64,000 nt of DNA from Octopus sinensis (GCF_006345805.1 NC_042998.1:176576001-176640000), one strand, 5' to 3'; positions 1 to 11,513 are shown, numbered from the stretch's first letter. Notes: a model not told the origin generated them from the letters alone. Program-made: numbers and translations.

Positions 1-979
1 TGTCAATATGAAGTGTAAAGGGGAGGACAGGTGAGGTGTACCCGTGGAAAGAAAAGCCTACGGAAAAGACACGGTAACCTCGGTCAATGGAGTCACATGT
101 ATATTTCTTCTTTTTTTTTTTGCAAATAAGCAACTCTCTGTTTTCAATTTCTGGGTTCATAGGATCATGCTCAAGGTGGCTTCGTCATTCATACGTGGCC
201 ATTCTTGCTACATTCACCCATCTTTTTTTAAAACATTCGCTAGACAAAACTTGCCTCTCTACTCTCACTTTCCTTTTCAAGTGGTACTTGAAGAAGTTTG
301 ATGAGAGATTGACCAGAGAGGAAAGTGTTTGTCTCCAATCCTTTCAGACGCGTCCACCAGATACATTCTTTCGCCATAGCCACAAGGATGATGAAAATAG
401 CTCTTCCTTCCCGTTGAAAGGAGGGAGGCGTGACAATATTAACGATAGACTCAACTGATAACCGACTCGTCCCACACGTGACAGCAGTTGTTCGACACAA
501 GCCCACAGGTCGGAAATTGTTGGACACTGCACGAGTGCGTGCAGAACGGTTTCGTCGCTCTGACCGCATCTCGGGCAGGTCGGCCCCGTGTTTCTCGAGC
601 CGTGTCTGTAGAGCTTATCCGAACGGGTAGCGCTTCTCGGTAGCACTGCCAGGCCAGGGATCTCTGGAAGTTGTCCATGGGCCCTGGCCCGAAAGTCGTC
701 CTGAACAGGCGGGTCAGGTACTCCTCGTCGACGTCCAGGTTCGCCCCGAGCTCGTCGTCGTACCTCCCCTCCACTAAACCCCTATATAATGCTTTGGTTG
801 TGTTGAAGTCACTCAAGGTCGACCCAGGACGGCAGAGTTGCTTGAGAGCAACGAGACACTCGCGGTGCCATTCGCCCTTCTTCGGCCTCTTTTTGATCCA
901 CGACTGCAGTTCGGTCATGGAGACGAGCTGCGGGAAAGCGTGCCTCACAAACGGCGACCACACCTGTTCACCGTCGTCT
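1..979 (-). mobile_element. 5'-truncated, frameshifted L1/Tx1-like non-LTR retrotransposon, 3' end of ORF2 (zf-RVT region) plus 3' UTR
   Basis: Minus-strand translation gives ...[19 protein letters not shown] / [33 protein letters not shown]... with the CxxC..ETxxH zinc-knuckle typical of L1/Tx1 ORF2 C-termini. The homology is spread over three reading frames (451..1713, 344..646, 240..569), so the copy is degenerate. It is GC-richer than its flanks and ends at the (GATA)n array. Confidence 0.8.
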
Positions 980-987
980 ACATAGAT

Positions 988-1065
<78 letters not shown>

Positions 1066-1066
1066 G

Positions 1067-1117
<51 letters not shown>

Positions 1118-1142
1118 GGATGGATGGATGGATGGATGGATG

Positions 1143-1201
<59 letters not shown>

Positions 1202-1222
1202 GGATGGATGGATGGATGGATG

Positions 1223-1287
<65 letters not shown>

Positions 1288-1309
1288 GTAGATAGATAGA
1301 TAGACAGAC

Positions 1310-1372
<63 letters not shown>

Positions 1373-1470
1373 AAGAGAGACAGAGAGAGAGACGAGGAGA
1401 GAGAGAGAAAGTGACAGACAGACAGAGAGACAGACTGAGAGAGAGAGACAGAGAAAGTGGCAGAGAGAAA
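980..1470. repeat. Compound microsatellite (GATA)n/(GATG)n followed by (GA)/(GACA)n
   Basis: Direct reading of tandem tetranucleotides. Confidence 0.97.
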
Positions 1471-2014
1471 GTTATATATACATATATGTATATGTGCATG
1501 AATGTATGCATACACACATACAAGAAAACACAGACATATACACACATACATACATACATACATACATACATACATACATACATACATACATACATACATA
1601 CATGTATATCTTACGGAGATGTACTTGCATAGCAAGTGACCTGATCTGAGATCGTGTGCTGGAACGAAAACAATTGCAGCGTGGAAGGTGTTTATAAGCC
1701 ATTTAAGAAACACACAAAAGCCGTTAGATTCACTTCAACATTTAAATTTAATTTGCCAAAATATTTTCGTCGCTTTGAGACCGCGACCTGTTCACTTTAA
1801 TTAAGATTTTAGTTCTTGTTTCTAGCAGGTTGATGCTTTTCTGCATCCTTACGCTTCGTGCTGATTTGAATTTATAGCTAAATAATGGTTTTTGCTTGCG
1901 AAGCACCTATGTTACTACTGTTGATACCATCACTTTTAAATTTTATCCACAGATGATATTAACAATAGTGACATCTTACTTCAAACCTTAGAGTTTGAAT
2001 GTTTTGTTTATATA

Positions 2015-2408
2015 TCTTTATATATAAAAGTAAGGTTGTGTGTCTGTCTCCTACGATTTAGATTCCTAACTACTCCCACATTTTGTGGTGCAGTTTAACC
2101 AAAACCGGGTATCTTATAGTCGTGATTCATATCGAGCCCTTCTGGGTATTAGCGCGAGTCTACGATGAGTCTACGATTTAAAAAAAACTTTCCATCATTT
2201 TTTTCCATTTTAATGCATTTTTCGCTATTATATAAGAGAAGTAACTCTCTAAAAATGTCTACGATGAGTCAACGATTTTTAAAAAAATTACCATAATTTT
2301 TTTTCCATTTTTAATGCATTTTTTGGCTATTTTTTGGCTATAACTCTCTAAAAATGCTTATATAGTTATTTCCCTTACAAATCCGAGCAACGCCGGCGAT
2401 ACTGCTAG
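2015..2408 (+). mobile_element. Non-autonomous Helitron (about 394 bp) with an internal tandem duplication of about 100 bp
   Basis: Begins A|TCTTTATATATAAAAG and ends with a GC-rich subterminal CCGAGCAACGCCGG, then CTAG|T (2405-2408). It is inserted in an AT dinucleotide with no TSD. Two TCTACGATGAGTC...AACTCTCTAAAAATG units lie inside. Confidence 0.8.
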
Positions 2409-2767
2409 TATATATATAAAACATTAGAGTTTGTATATATATGCATATATTTATAGGTGCTAAGTCAATTCAGTCAATGATACCTTTACCCTAAAAACAT
2501 ATTTTATGATCCTGTGTTAGTATAAGAAATCAAAATACATGTTTATGTGTATGTCCGTTTGTGTGTGTGTAGATAGATAGATCGATAGATAAACAGATAG
2601 ATAGATATATATAGATAGATAGATAGATAGATAGATATATAGATAGATAGATACATAAATATACACACACACATATATAAATATACAAACATACATACAT
2701 ACACATGCATGTATATATACATATATATGCGAATTCACACTGGTACAGACACATATATATGTATGTA

Positions 2768-2813
<46 letters not shown>

Positions 2814-2816
2814 ATA

Positions 2817-3715
2817 TAATTAATCAATATAGGGTGGCAAAAAAATTTTGTAGAATTTTTTTGCCACCAGCGGCCTAGTGGGAAAAAATTAAATAGTCAT
2901 AGACCATTTTTAAGTTCAACATCACAATCAAGGAACGGCCATAATAGGCCATTCACCCACTAGAAATAACAGCCAAAAGCTTCAACCGCAAAATAACATC
3001 AATTCCGTAAACCAGGAGAAAATTTACCCTGTAATTTCTTATACGATGCACCGTTTCATCTACTGTTTAATGGTAAACTAACCTGATTAAATTAAATCAA
3101 GCCAATCTACCATAGGCCCTTAGATTCATCAGTAAGAAATAGCCAAGTCGGAACAGATATTTTTCACGAGGCATTCCCGTCCCTGCCTCGGCAATATCTG
3201 ACCTAAAATTTTCAAATCATCGCACTCGCGCCAAATTTATCGGCAGCAAATAAATATAAGCCGCCGATTCCATTACGGAATTAACCAGAAAATTCATAAT
3301 TAATCAATATAGAGTGGCAAAAAAATTTTGTAGAATTTTTTTTTTGCCACCAGCGGCCTAGTGGGAAAAAATTAAATAGTCATAGACCATTTTTAAGTTC
3401 AACATCACAATCAAGGAAAGGCCATTCACCCACTAGAAATAACAGCCAAAAGCTTCAACCGCAAAATAACATCAATTCCGTAAACCAGGAGAAAATTAAA
3501 AAACATTTACCCTGTAATTTCTTATACGATGCACCGTTTCATCTACTGTTTAATGGTAAATAACCTGATTAAATTAAATCAAGCCAATCTACCATAGGCC
3601 CTTAGATAAATTAATTTTCTCCTGGTTTACGGAATTGATGTTATTTTGCGGTTGAAGCTTTTGGCTGTTATTTCTAGTGGGTGAATGGCCTATTATGGCC
3701 GTTCCTTGATTGTGA

Positions 3716-3716
<1 letters not shown>
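2817..3716 (-). mobile_element. Non-coding PLE pseudo-LTR / retrozyme-like unit: 480-bp monomer, partial second tandem copy and inverted partial third copy
   Basis: 2817-3296 repeats from 3297 (period exactly 480). The second copy stops at 3607. 3612-3716 is the reverse complement of about 2921-3024. The unit contains a hammerhead motif and is flanked by (TA)n. Confidence 0.75.
3034..3140 (-). ncRNA. Type I hammerhead ribozyme with extended stem II
   Basis: Minus strand reads ATTTCTTA-CTGATGA-ATCTA[58-nt insert with hairpin]TAGAT-GAAAC-GGTGCATC-GTA-TAAGAAAT. Stem I is 8 perfect bp, the core is complete and the GUA triplet predicts cleavage between 3042 and 3041. Confidence 0.8.
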
Positions 3717-3804
<88 letters not shown>

Positions 3805-3807
<3 letters not shown>

Positions 3808-4090
3808 CCCCTTCGATCATGACTGACCATCGGATTGCACCTAGGAAGTAACCCTCCCAGGCACAAGTCCGGGCAAGGTTGTTTATGGAAGACCACCAGT
3901 CGCCCATGCATACTGGCCTCCACCAGTGTTATCCACGGGAAAGGCAAAGGCAGATACAGCTTGGCACCTTCTACAGCTGAGTGAACTGGAGCAAGGTGAT
4001 ATTAAGAACACAACACGCAGCCCGGTCAGGAATTCGAACTCACAACCTCGCGATCGTAAGCTCGACGCTCTAACCACTGAGCCATGCGCC

Positions 4091-4095
<5 letters not shown>
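3805..4095 (-). mobile_element. tRNA-derived SINE (family D, CORE-like)
   Basis: Reverse complement has the tRNA-like head GGCTCAGTGGTTAG...GTTCGAATTCC and the same body as 46079-46415 and 23497-23710. Confidence 0.8.
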
Positions 4096-4151
<56 letters not shown>

Positions 4152-4158
4152 GTGTGTG

Positions 4159-4188
<30 letters not shown>

Positions 4189-4191
<3 letters not shown>

Positions 4192-4480
4192 GAGGCGCAA
4201 TGGCCCAGTAGTTAGGGCAGCGGTCGCGCGGTCGTAGGATCGCGGTTTCGATTCCCAGACCGGGCGTTGTGTGTGTTTTTTGAGCGAAATCACCTAAAAT
4301 GCTCCACGAGGCTCCAGCAGGGGGTGGTGATCCCTGATGTACTCTTTCACCACTCCTCCTCTCACTCTTTCTTCTGTTGGCCTGCTCGCTTAGCCAGCGG
4401 GGTGGCGTCATTCGAAGGCTAAAACAATCCGAACGCATTGTGACCAGCGATGTGTAGCAACATCTGATGGTCTGGTCGGA
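4189..4480 (+). mobile_element. tRNA-derived SINE (family C head)
   Basis: A box TGGCCCAGTAG and B box GTTTCGATTCCC. The head is shared with the minus-strand copy at 16050-16355. Confidence 0.75.
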
Positions 4481-4514
4481 AAAGAGGATAAAAAAAAGAA
4501 GATATATATATATT

Positions 4515-4549
<35 letters not shown>

Positions 4550-4678
4550 AAAAAAACTTCGAATGACCCGTCATTGTTTTCTTTGCATCGTTTATCTGGA
4601 TGTTTTATTGTCCCTTTTGGTATCATTTAGCTGTCCGGATGTTTTGCGCTCTTATCCCATTTTGTAATTTATATATGT

Positions 4679-4759
<81 letters not shown>

Positions 4760-5662
4760 TATACACACACACAGACTCTCTCACTCTCTCTCACACACAC
4801 ACACTTTAAGTACAAATGATAAATAATTAAAATGAACTGTCTGTTTACAACTGTCGCAGCCACAAACCAATAATCTCTATCAAACAGTAAAATATTCAGA
4901 TTTTCATAGCTTATTCCTGGCCTTCTGTCGCAGATCCGGTCACCCCTTTCCACGCCGAGTGTTCTCCAGTCTACAGAGCAGTGTGAGTCATGAAACCTGT
5001 CTCCTCCAGCCAATCAGTATTAATCGGAGATGGTGGAAAGAATCGGGCTTTAACTAAGAAACATCAACCCAGAAAATTACCAAATCAAGCGATAGCGTTT
5101 TTTTTTTCTTCGTCATAAATATTTGCATTTCATAAACATGCACAACCTCGCTGAACGTTCAGTTGTATTTTCAGTTGCATGCTGTTCAGCAAATCAACGC
5201 AATGATATCCAACCTGCGTGCATATGTGTAATTACATAAACGAGTACTCAGAGATAGAGAGCGAGAGAGCGAGAGAGGCAGGAGAGAGCGAGAGAGGCAG
5301 GAGAGAGCGAGAGAGGCAGGAGAGAGCGAGAGAGGGTGGACGAGAGAGAGAAAGATAAAACTTAATATGTGTGTGTGTGTATGTGTGTATACATATACAT
5401 ATGCATAGTGCGTATCGATTAGATCACACTCATATGCAAACATACATAAACATTTACATAGTTATTGCAAAAACCTAAAAGCCGAAAATGCAGTCTCTCT
5501 CCACGAGAAATCGAAACTAATAACAGTGTGTGGTGGTGGTGGTGGTCGTCGTCGTCGTCGTTGTTGTTGTTATCGTGGTTGTTGCTTTTAATGTTTTCGT
5601 TTGTGTGTTTTATATATTTTTGTTTTTATTTTTATTTTTTCATATAGTTTAAGGAGAGAAAT

Positions 5663-5844
5663 ACTCTTTACTCATTTACTCCTTTACTTGTTTCAGTCAT
5701 TTGACTGTGGCCATGCTGGAGCGCCGCTCTTTAGTCGAGCAAATCGACCACAGGGCTTATACTTTGTAAGCTTAGTACTTATTCTATCGGTCCCTTTTGC
5801 CGAACCGCTATGTTACGGGGACGTAAACACACCAGCATCGGTTG

Positions 5845-5845
<1 letters not shown>
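5663..5845 (-). mobile_element. SINE family B, 3' half
   Basis: Matches the reverse complement of the 3' half of 24818-25215 (GCGGTTCGGCAAAAG...CCAGCATGGCCACAGTCAAATGACTGAAAC). Confidence 0.8.
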
Positions 5846-5877
<32 letters not shown>

Positions 5878-6189
5878 CTATATATATATATATGAACTGA
5901 AGTGTAAAATTTATATAATCAAAGAATTAGAAAATAATAAATTAAACTTATTTGAACAATGAAGCCCTCTTTCTTTTTTCTTGCCTAACTCAGATTTAGG
6001 CAAAGATCTCAGATTTTTCCTATATATATATATATATATACCAAATAATGTATTTGTTTGTGGATCTATAGGGTATAATTCAATCCTATTAAGTAAAGGT
6101 ATCTTTGGCCAAAGCGTCATTCGAATTTAAATATCATAATGCCAAAGAAAGAAAAATAAAGGGAGAAAAAGAAGAATTCTCATTTTATG

Positions 6190-7990
6190 TTACTTGTACT
6201 ACCTTACCGCTGCTGTTTCCTTGATCGACGTGAGGAGAATACTGTCAACAGCATTTTGATAGCCAATCCATGTCATGTTTTGTTATTCCTATGTGGGTCT
6301 TTGTAGCATTCCTTTTGCTCGTCTAGAAGCAGGTTCTCTGCTATATTATTGCAGTTATGGCTTTGTAAGCTGTTGAAAGGTAGATATGGATCTGTAATCT
6401 TTAAGGTATGTTACTTCAATCGTCTTGTAGGTTGCGATGAACTTTTTTCTTCGTGATCCATTCAGGTGTTTTCTCCGACTCCTTCAGTATTTTATTAAAT
6501 ATCTCTGCGAGAACCTTACACGTCCTTCTTAAATATTTTAATCAGAAGTTTAAGAATTTTATCCAGTAACTTGCTTTATGCAATTTCTGAACATTTCTTT
6601 TTTTTTTCTTCTTTTTTTGCGTTGCTACGGCGTTATACACCGCCGTTATAAGGCGGCGAGCTGGCAGAAACGTTAGTACGCCGGGCGAAATGCTTAGCGG
6701 TATTTCGTCTGCCGTTACGTTGTGAGTTCAAATTCCGCCGAGGTCGACTTTGCCTTTCATCCTTTCGGGGTCGATAAGTTAAGTACCAGTTACGCACTGG
6801 GGTCGATGTAATCGACTTAATACCTATGTCTGTCCTTGTTTGTCCCCTCTGTGTTTAGCCCCTTGTAGGTAATAAAGAAATAGTTATACACGGGCTCTGC
6901 ATTATTGTTTTGAACATTCTTGTTTGTGGTGATAACTTAGCTGTCCAAAGTCCTTCCCATCCCTTGCTATTAGTAGTACATTCTTTCCTGTATTATCTTT
7001 ACCTAGTTTTTGGCAAAATTATTTTCAGTTTGGAGTAGAAGTTGTTTTGTTCAAAGAATCGTTTTCGCTTTTTATATTAACAGATTCTCAAGAACGATTT
7101 AGTAAGCATCTGATCGTCCCTTGTTTGCCACCTCTTGATTTAAAGGTTTCGTTTTGTTCTGCTATATTTTTATAGTATCTGTTGCTCTTTTTTCTTTTAC
7201 ATTTTAAGAAGTCATTATCTTTTTTCTGTATGCTTTATATCTGAAGGAGCGCTTAATTTCCTTTGTAACTGTGGCCATTATATGTAATATTTCGTTAACT
7301 TGCTTTAGTGATATTTACTACACTACTTACTCGTTTTTTTCTTCTTTTTTTATGGTGGACACTGTTACAGAAATATTAAATCCGATTGGCAACAAAGACA
7401 AAGCCAATGTTGCCGCTAAATAATTCGTTTCTGTTTTCCCATAAGTCTGTGAAGGTCTGGTTTACGTTGTTTTAATTATTTTTGCTGTTTCGCCGTTGAG
7501 TTTTAATCCTCGCAGAGGAGGTTCTTTCGTCTGGTCCACAGAAATATCTTGTATTTACTTTAATTCTTTAATTATTTACTACTTAATATTCCTGTCATGT
7601 TCTTGATTTCCATCCTTAGAATTTTCTAGTATTAAATTTTCCTCTTATTCCCTTCTATTCATATTAGTGTCTGCGTTGCATTCATTTGGCGTTTCTTTGT
7701 CAATATTCTGTAAGTGTTCTAGGGTTTATATTTCGTTATTAGGTGTTTGACGATACATTCCCAAAATATTTTGATTTCTTTTTTTGTTATTAGCGTTTTC
7801 TCTATACTTCTTTTCATGTTGTCTCTCCATTTCTGGATTTTTCTTCTCTTTTTTTGCTTTAAGAATATGTCTTCTTTAGACAGCTTGTCTAATGGGATTG
7901 GGCATTACATTAACATCAGGTTATTTTCTCTTCAAAATTATACGATAATATTGTTAGTATCGTTTTGAATAGAGTGAGGATGTAAAATAT
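6190..7990 (-). mobile_element. Highly decayed R4/Dong-like (RLE) LINE ORF fragment, interrupted by a SINE
   Basis: Minus-strand translation with stops retains ...HNCNNIAENLLLDEQKECYK..., resembling the NNLLxxEQKGC segment of R4/Dong-type reverse transcriptases. Strong strand asymmetry (T-rich plus strand). Confidence 0.5.
6651..6883 (+). mobile_element. tRNA-derived SINE family A (Meta-domain-like core)
   Basis: GGCGGCGAGCTGGCAG head, GAGTTCAAATTCC B box and central GGTCGACTTTGCCTTTCATCCTTTCGGGGTCGATAA, which I recognise from memory as MetaSINE-like. Flanked by GTTATACAC repeats. Confidence 0.85.
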
Positions 7991-8054
7991 TATATTTACA
8001 ATTGGTGCTAGAGTTACGGTTGTTGTTCACATGTTGCTAATGTTTCAACAGACA

Positions 8055-8492
8055 CTTAGCCGGCGAGCTGGAAGAAACGTTAGCACGTCGAGCAAATTGC
8101 TTAGCGGCATTCCGTCTGCCTGTATGTTCTGAGTTCAAGTTCCGCCGAGGTCAACTTTGCCTTTCATCCTTTCGGGGTCTATAAATTAAGTACCAGTTGC
8201 GTACCTGGGTCGATCTAATCGACTTGTCTCCTCCCAAAAATATTTCGGGCCTTTTGCCTAGAGTAGAAAAGAATATTTCAACAGACAGTTAGGCAGCGAG
8301 CAGGCAGAATCGTTAGCATGCCAGACAAAATGCTTTGTGGCATTTCGTCTGTCTACACGTTCTGGGTTCAAATTCCGCCGAGGTTGACTTTGCCTTTCAT
8401 CCTTTCGGAGTCGATAAAAGAAGTACCAGTAGAACACTGGAGTTTCCCCTTCCTCACAACTTATTGGCCTTGTGTCAAAATTTCAAACCAAT
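8055..8492 (+). mobile_element. Two tandem family A SINEs separated by a target duplication
   Basis: Heads at about 8058 and 8292. TTTCAACAGACA occurs at about 8043, 8276 and 8492. Confidence 0.75.
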
Positions 8493-8509
8493 ATTTCAAC
8501 AGACAACGG

Positions 8510-8982
8510 AAATAGTTTCTGTCATTGGACCACGGTGATGCTAGGGTACCGTCCTCAGGGGTTTAGTCGAACAAAACCGATCCAACTCTTATTTCTTATA
8601 AGCCCAGAACTTACGTTATCCACCTATTTTGTCGAACCGTTTAGTTACGGGGACGTAAACAAGCAACACCGTTGTCCAGCAGTGGTGGGAGACAAACACA
8701 AGCTCAAACACACACACACACGTGCATGTCTTTTTTTATTCTTTTACTGGTTTCAGTTATTTGACTGCGGCTATGCTGGAGCACCACCTTTAGTCGAAGG
8801 GATCAATTACAGGACTCATTCTTTGTAAGCCTAGTACTTATTCCATCCGTCTCTGTTGCCGAACCGCTAAGTTACGGGAACGTTAACACACCAACATCGG
8901 TTGACAAGTGATGGTGGGGGGATAAACACGGGGACACACACATACACACACATGCATACATACATACATACACACACACACG

Positions 8983-9024
<42 letters not shown>

Positions 9025-9070
9025 CGACGGACTTCTTTCAGTTTCCGACTACCAAATCCATTCACAAGGC
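8510..9070 (-). mobile_element. Two partial family B SINE copies
   Basis: Reverse-complement matches to the 3' tail and central part of family B. Confidence 0.7.
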
Positions 9071-9464
9071 GGTGTAGTGGCTTATATGCTATTCCAGCGG
9101 ACCGCAAGCCCCTGGTAGGGCTTCCCATGCTGGACAAGTCAAAGGCTAGAGAGGACAAACTAATATGGAATATCCCTTCCCAGAGGTAGTTATGAGCTTC
9201 TACCTAGAAAAAAAAGTCTAAGGTATAAAAACATCAATGACAGCTCTAAACCAACAAGGGCTGGGAGAGGAAGGCCTTCCTTCGGGGAAACATGACGCGG
9301 TGCAATAAAGCTTGAAAGGAACCTGCAAGGAAAGGCATGGTTCCAACTGGACCCCTACTTTTCCTTGCAGAAAAGGTAACTCAGAGTCGAGAATAGGGGC
9401 TAAAAGACGTCAATGGTTTATGTTCCATAGGGAATGAGAGTGTAAAGTTTACCAAAGTCAATAA

Positions 9465-9678
9465 TTTCAGGTATTTTCAGGTAAGTTCAGGTATTTTCAG
9501 GTAAGTTCAGGTATTTTCAGGTAAGTTCAGGTATTTTCAGGTAAGTTCAGGTATTTTCAGGTAAGTTCAGGTATTTTCAGGTAAGTTCAGGTATTTTCAG
9601 GTAAGTTCAGGTATTTTCAGGTAAGTTCAGGTATTTTCAGGTAAGTTCAGGTATTTTCAGGTAAGTTCAGGTATTTTC
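9465..9678 (+). repeat. 20-bp minisatellite (GTATTTTCAGGTAAGTTCAG) x10, built of alternating 10-mers, each unit carrying TTTTCAG|GTAAGT
   Basis: Ten perfect GTAAGTTCAG decamers at 9481, 9501 ... 9661, each preceded by GTATTTTCAG. Confidence 0.97.
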
Positions 9679-9854
9679 TTTTATTGTCTCTGCCAACTGG
9701 TGCGTGCCGAGCCCTTATTAAACACTTTTAAGTTTCACTCTGATGTCCTCATTGCTAATAAATTTTCTACCCAACTTTGGGTAGCAGTTTGCAAAAGATT
9801 TTATTTTCGCTCGGAGAAACACCAGTGATGACAACCTTAGCAAAAGCGTTATAT

Positions 9855-10960
9855 TTGGTGGTAATGGTGGTGGTGGTGGTGGTGGTTGTGGTGGTTGTGG
9901 TGATGATCGTGGTGGTGGTGGTGGTGGTGATGATGGTAGTGGTGGCGGCGATGATAGTGGTGGTGTTGGTAGTGGTGGTCGTAGTGATGATCGTAGTGGT
10001 GATGGTGGTGGTGATGGTGGTGATGGTGGTGGTGGCTGTGGTGGTTGTGGTGATGATCGTGGTGGTGGTGGTGGTGGTGATGATGGTAGTGGTGGCGGCG
10101 ATGATAGTGGTGGTGTTGGTAGTGGTGGTTGTAGTGATGATCGTAGTGGTGATGGTGGTGGTGATGGTGGTAATGGTGGTGGTGGTGGTGGTGGTGGTGA
10201 TGATGGTAGTGGTGGCGGCGATGATAGTGGTGGTGTTGGTAGTGGTGGTTGTAGTGATGATCGTAATGGTGGTGGTGGTGGTGGTGGTGGTGGTGATGAT
10301 GGTAGTGGTGGCGGCGATGATAGTGGTGGTGTTGGTAGTGGTGGTTGTAGTGATGATCGTAATGGTGGTGGTGGTGGTGGTGGTGGTGGTGGTGATGATG
10401 GTAGTGGTGGCGGCGATGATAGTGGTGGTGTTGGTAGTGGTGGTTGTAGTGATGATCGTAATGGTGGTGGTGGTGGTGGTGATGGTGGTGATGGTGGTGG
10501 TGGCTGTGATTATAATGGGGGTGTTGGTAGTGGTGTTGAAGGTGTTTGTCGTAGTTGTAGGACGATATTGTTATAGATAATAGTTTTCTTGGCTGCCACT
10601 ACGATGGCGGCGGTAACGGCGGCGGCGGTGTTGGTGGTGGTTGTGGTAGTAGTGTTGTTGTTGTAGTTGTTGTTGTTGTTGTTGTTGCTGGTGGTGGTGG
10701 TGGTGGTGGTGGTGGTAGTTGTGGTAGTGGTGATGATGTCAGTAGTGAGTGTAGTGGTATTGTGGTGGCCGTAGGGTACGGTAGTGGTGGTGGTGGTAGT
10801 GTGGTGATAGTTGTGGTAGTAGTAGTAGTATTAATAGTGGGGGTGGGGGAATAATGTTGCGAGGGTAGTGGTGGTTGTAGCGGCAGTGGGTGTGGCGTTG
10901 GTGTAGGTAGTAGTAGTGGTGATACTGGTGACGGCGGCGATGGTGGTAGTGTTGTCCCTG
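9855..10960. repeat. Compound (GGT/GAT/AGT) trinucleotide array with higher-order units
   Basis: The marker GGCGGCGATGATAG recurs at about 9944, 10094, 10214, 10310 and 10409. Confidence 0.9.
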
Positions 10961-11005
10961 CTGTTTGTTGGAACTGGTGCAGCCGCCCTTAATTGTGATT
11001 CTACA

Positions 11006-11165
11006 AATGGACAGTGCAATCGAGCGATCCAACTCTGCAGGAATCGACCCACTTTTAACAACTGCCGACATTAATAGTTCTTGGTTACGTCACAAACGCC
11101 CACTGCTTCACTGTCAGGTTATTCACCTCACCAATGTTGACTCAGTGTATTTGAATACAAACATG
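11006..11165 (+). pseudogene. Decayed duplicate of the WD40 exon at 12812-12995
   Basis: 11006-11035 matches 12836-12865 at 27/30 nt, and GGTTATTCACCTCAC (11117-11131) is identical to 12940-12954. Frameshifts break the homologous frame. Confidence 0.7.
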
Positions 11166-11224
11166 TATAGCAGATTCCGTATGTTTCCCTGATTGACAAA
11201 GTGGCAACTTTCTATTATTAAGTG

Positions 11225-11345
11225 TATTTGTTGTTGTTGTTGTTGTTGTTTGTTGTTGTTGTTGTTGTTGTTGTTGTTGCTGCTGCTGCTGCTGCTGTTG
11301 TTGTTGGTGGTGTTGTTGTTGTTGTTGTTGTTGTTGTGGTGGTGG

Positions 11346-11391
<46 letters not shown>

Positions 11392-11513
11392 GGTGGTGTT
11401 GTTGTTGTTGTTGTCGTTGCTGTGGTGGTGGTGTTGTTGTTGTTGTTGTTGGTGGTGGTGGTCGTGGTGGTGGTGGTGGTGTTGTTGTTGTTGTCGTTGC
11501 TGTGGTGGTGGTG

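Noticed and set aside
978-1713. N-terminal part of the 420-aa ORF and overlapping YLSI/MYVC ORFs
   Set aside because: Translations of (GATA)/(TACA) microsatellites. The same applies to most ORF-track entries rich in YI, CV, HT, LSIY or poly-V/T/H.
1750-1797. Hammerhead-like half on the minus strand (GTCGC-loop-GCGAC-GAAA-ATAT-TTT)
   Set aside because: Stem II and GAAA are present, but there is no CUGANGA (GTGAACAG instead) and no stem I partner in this copy.
4189-4262. tRNA genes at SINE heads (here and in all other copies)
   Set aside because: A and B boxes are present, but the sequences run into shared SINE bodies and lack a complete acceptor stem.
4900-5030. Possible promoter or first exon (CCAATC, GTGAGT)
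   Set aside because: The motifs are too short to support without transcript data.
9075-9430. Possible RTE 5' UTR fragment
   Set aside because: Only a vague resemblance, with no ORF or second copy in the window to support it.
9465-9678. CRISPR-like array
   Set aside because: No unique spacers and no cas genes; eukaryotic context.
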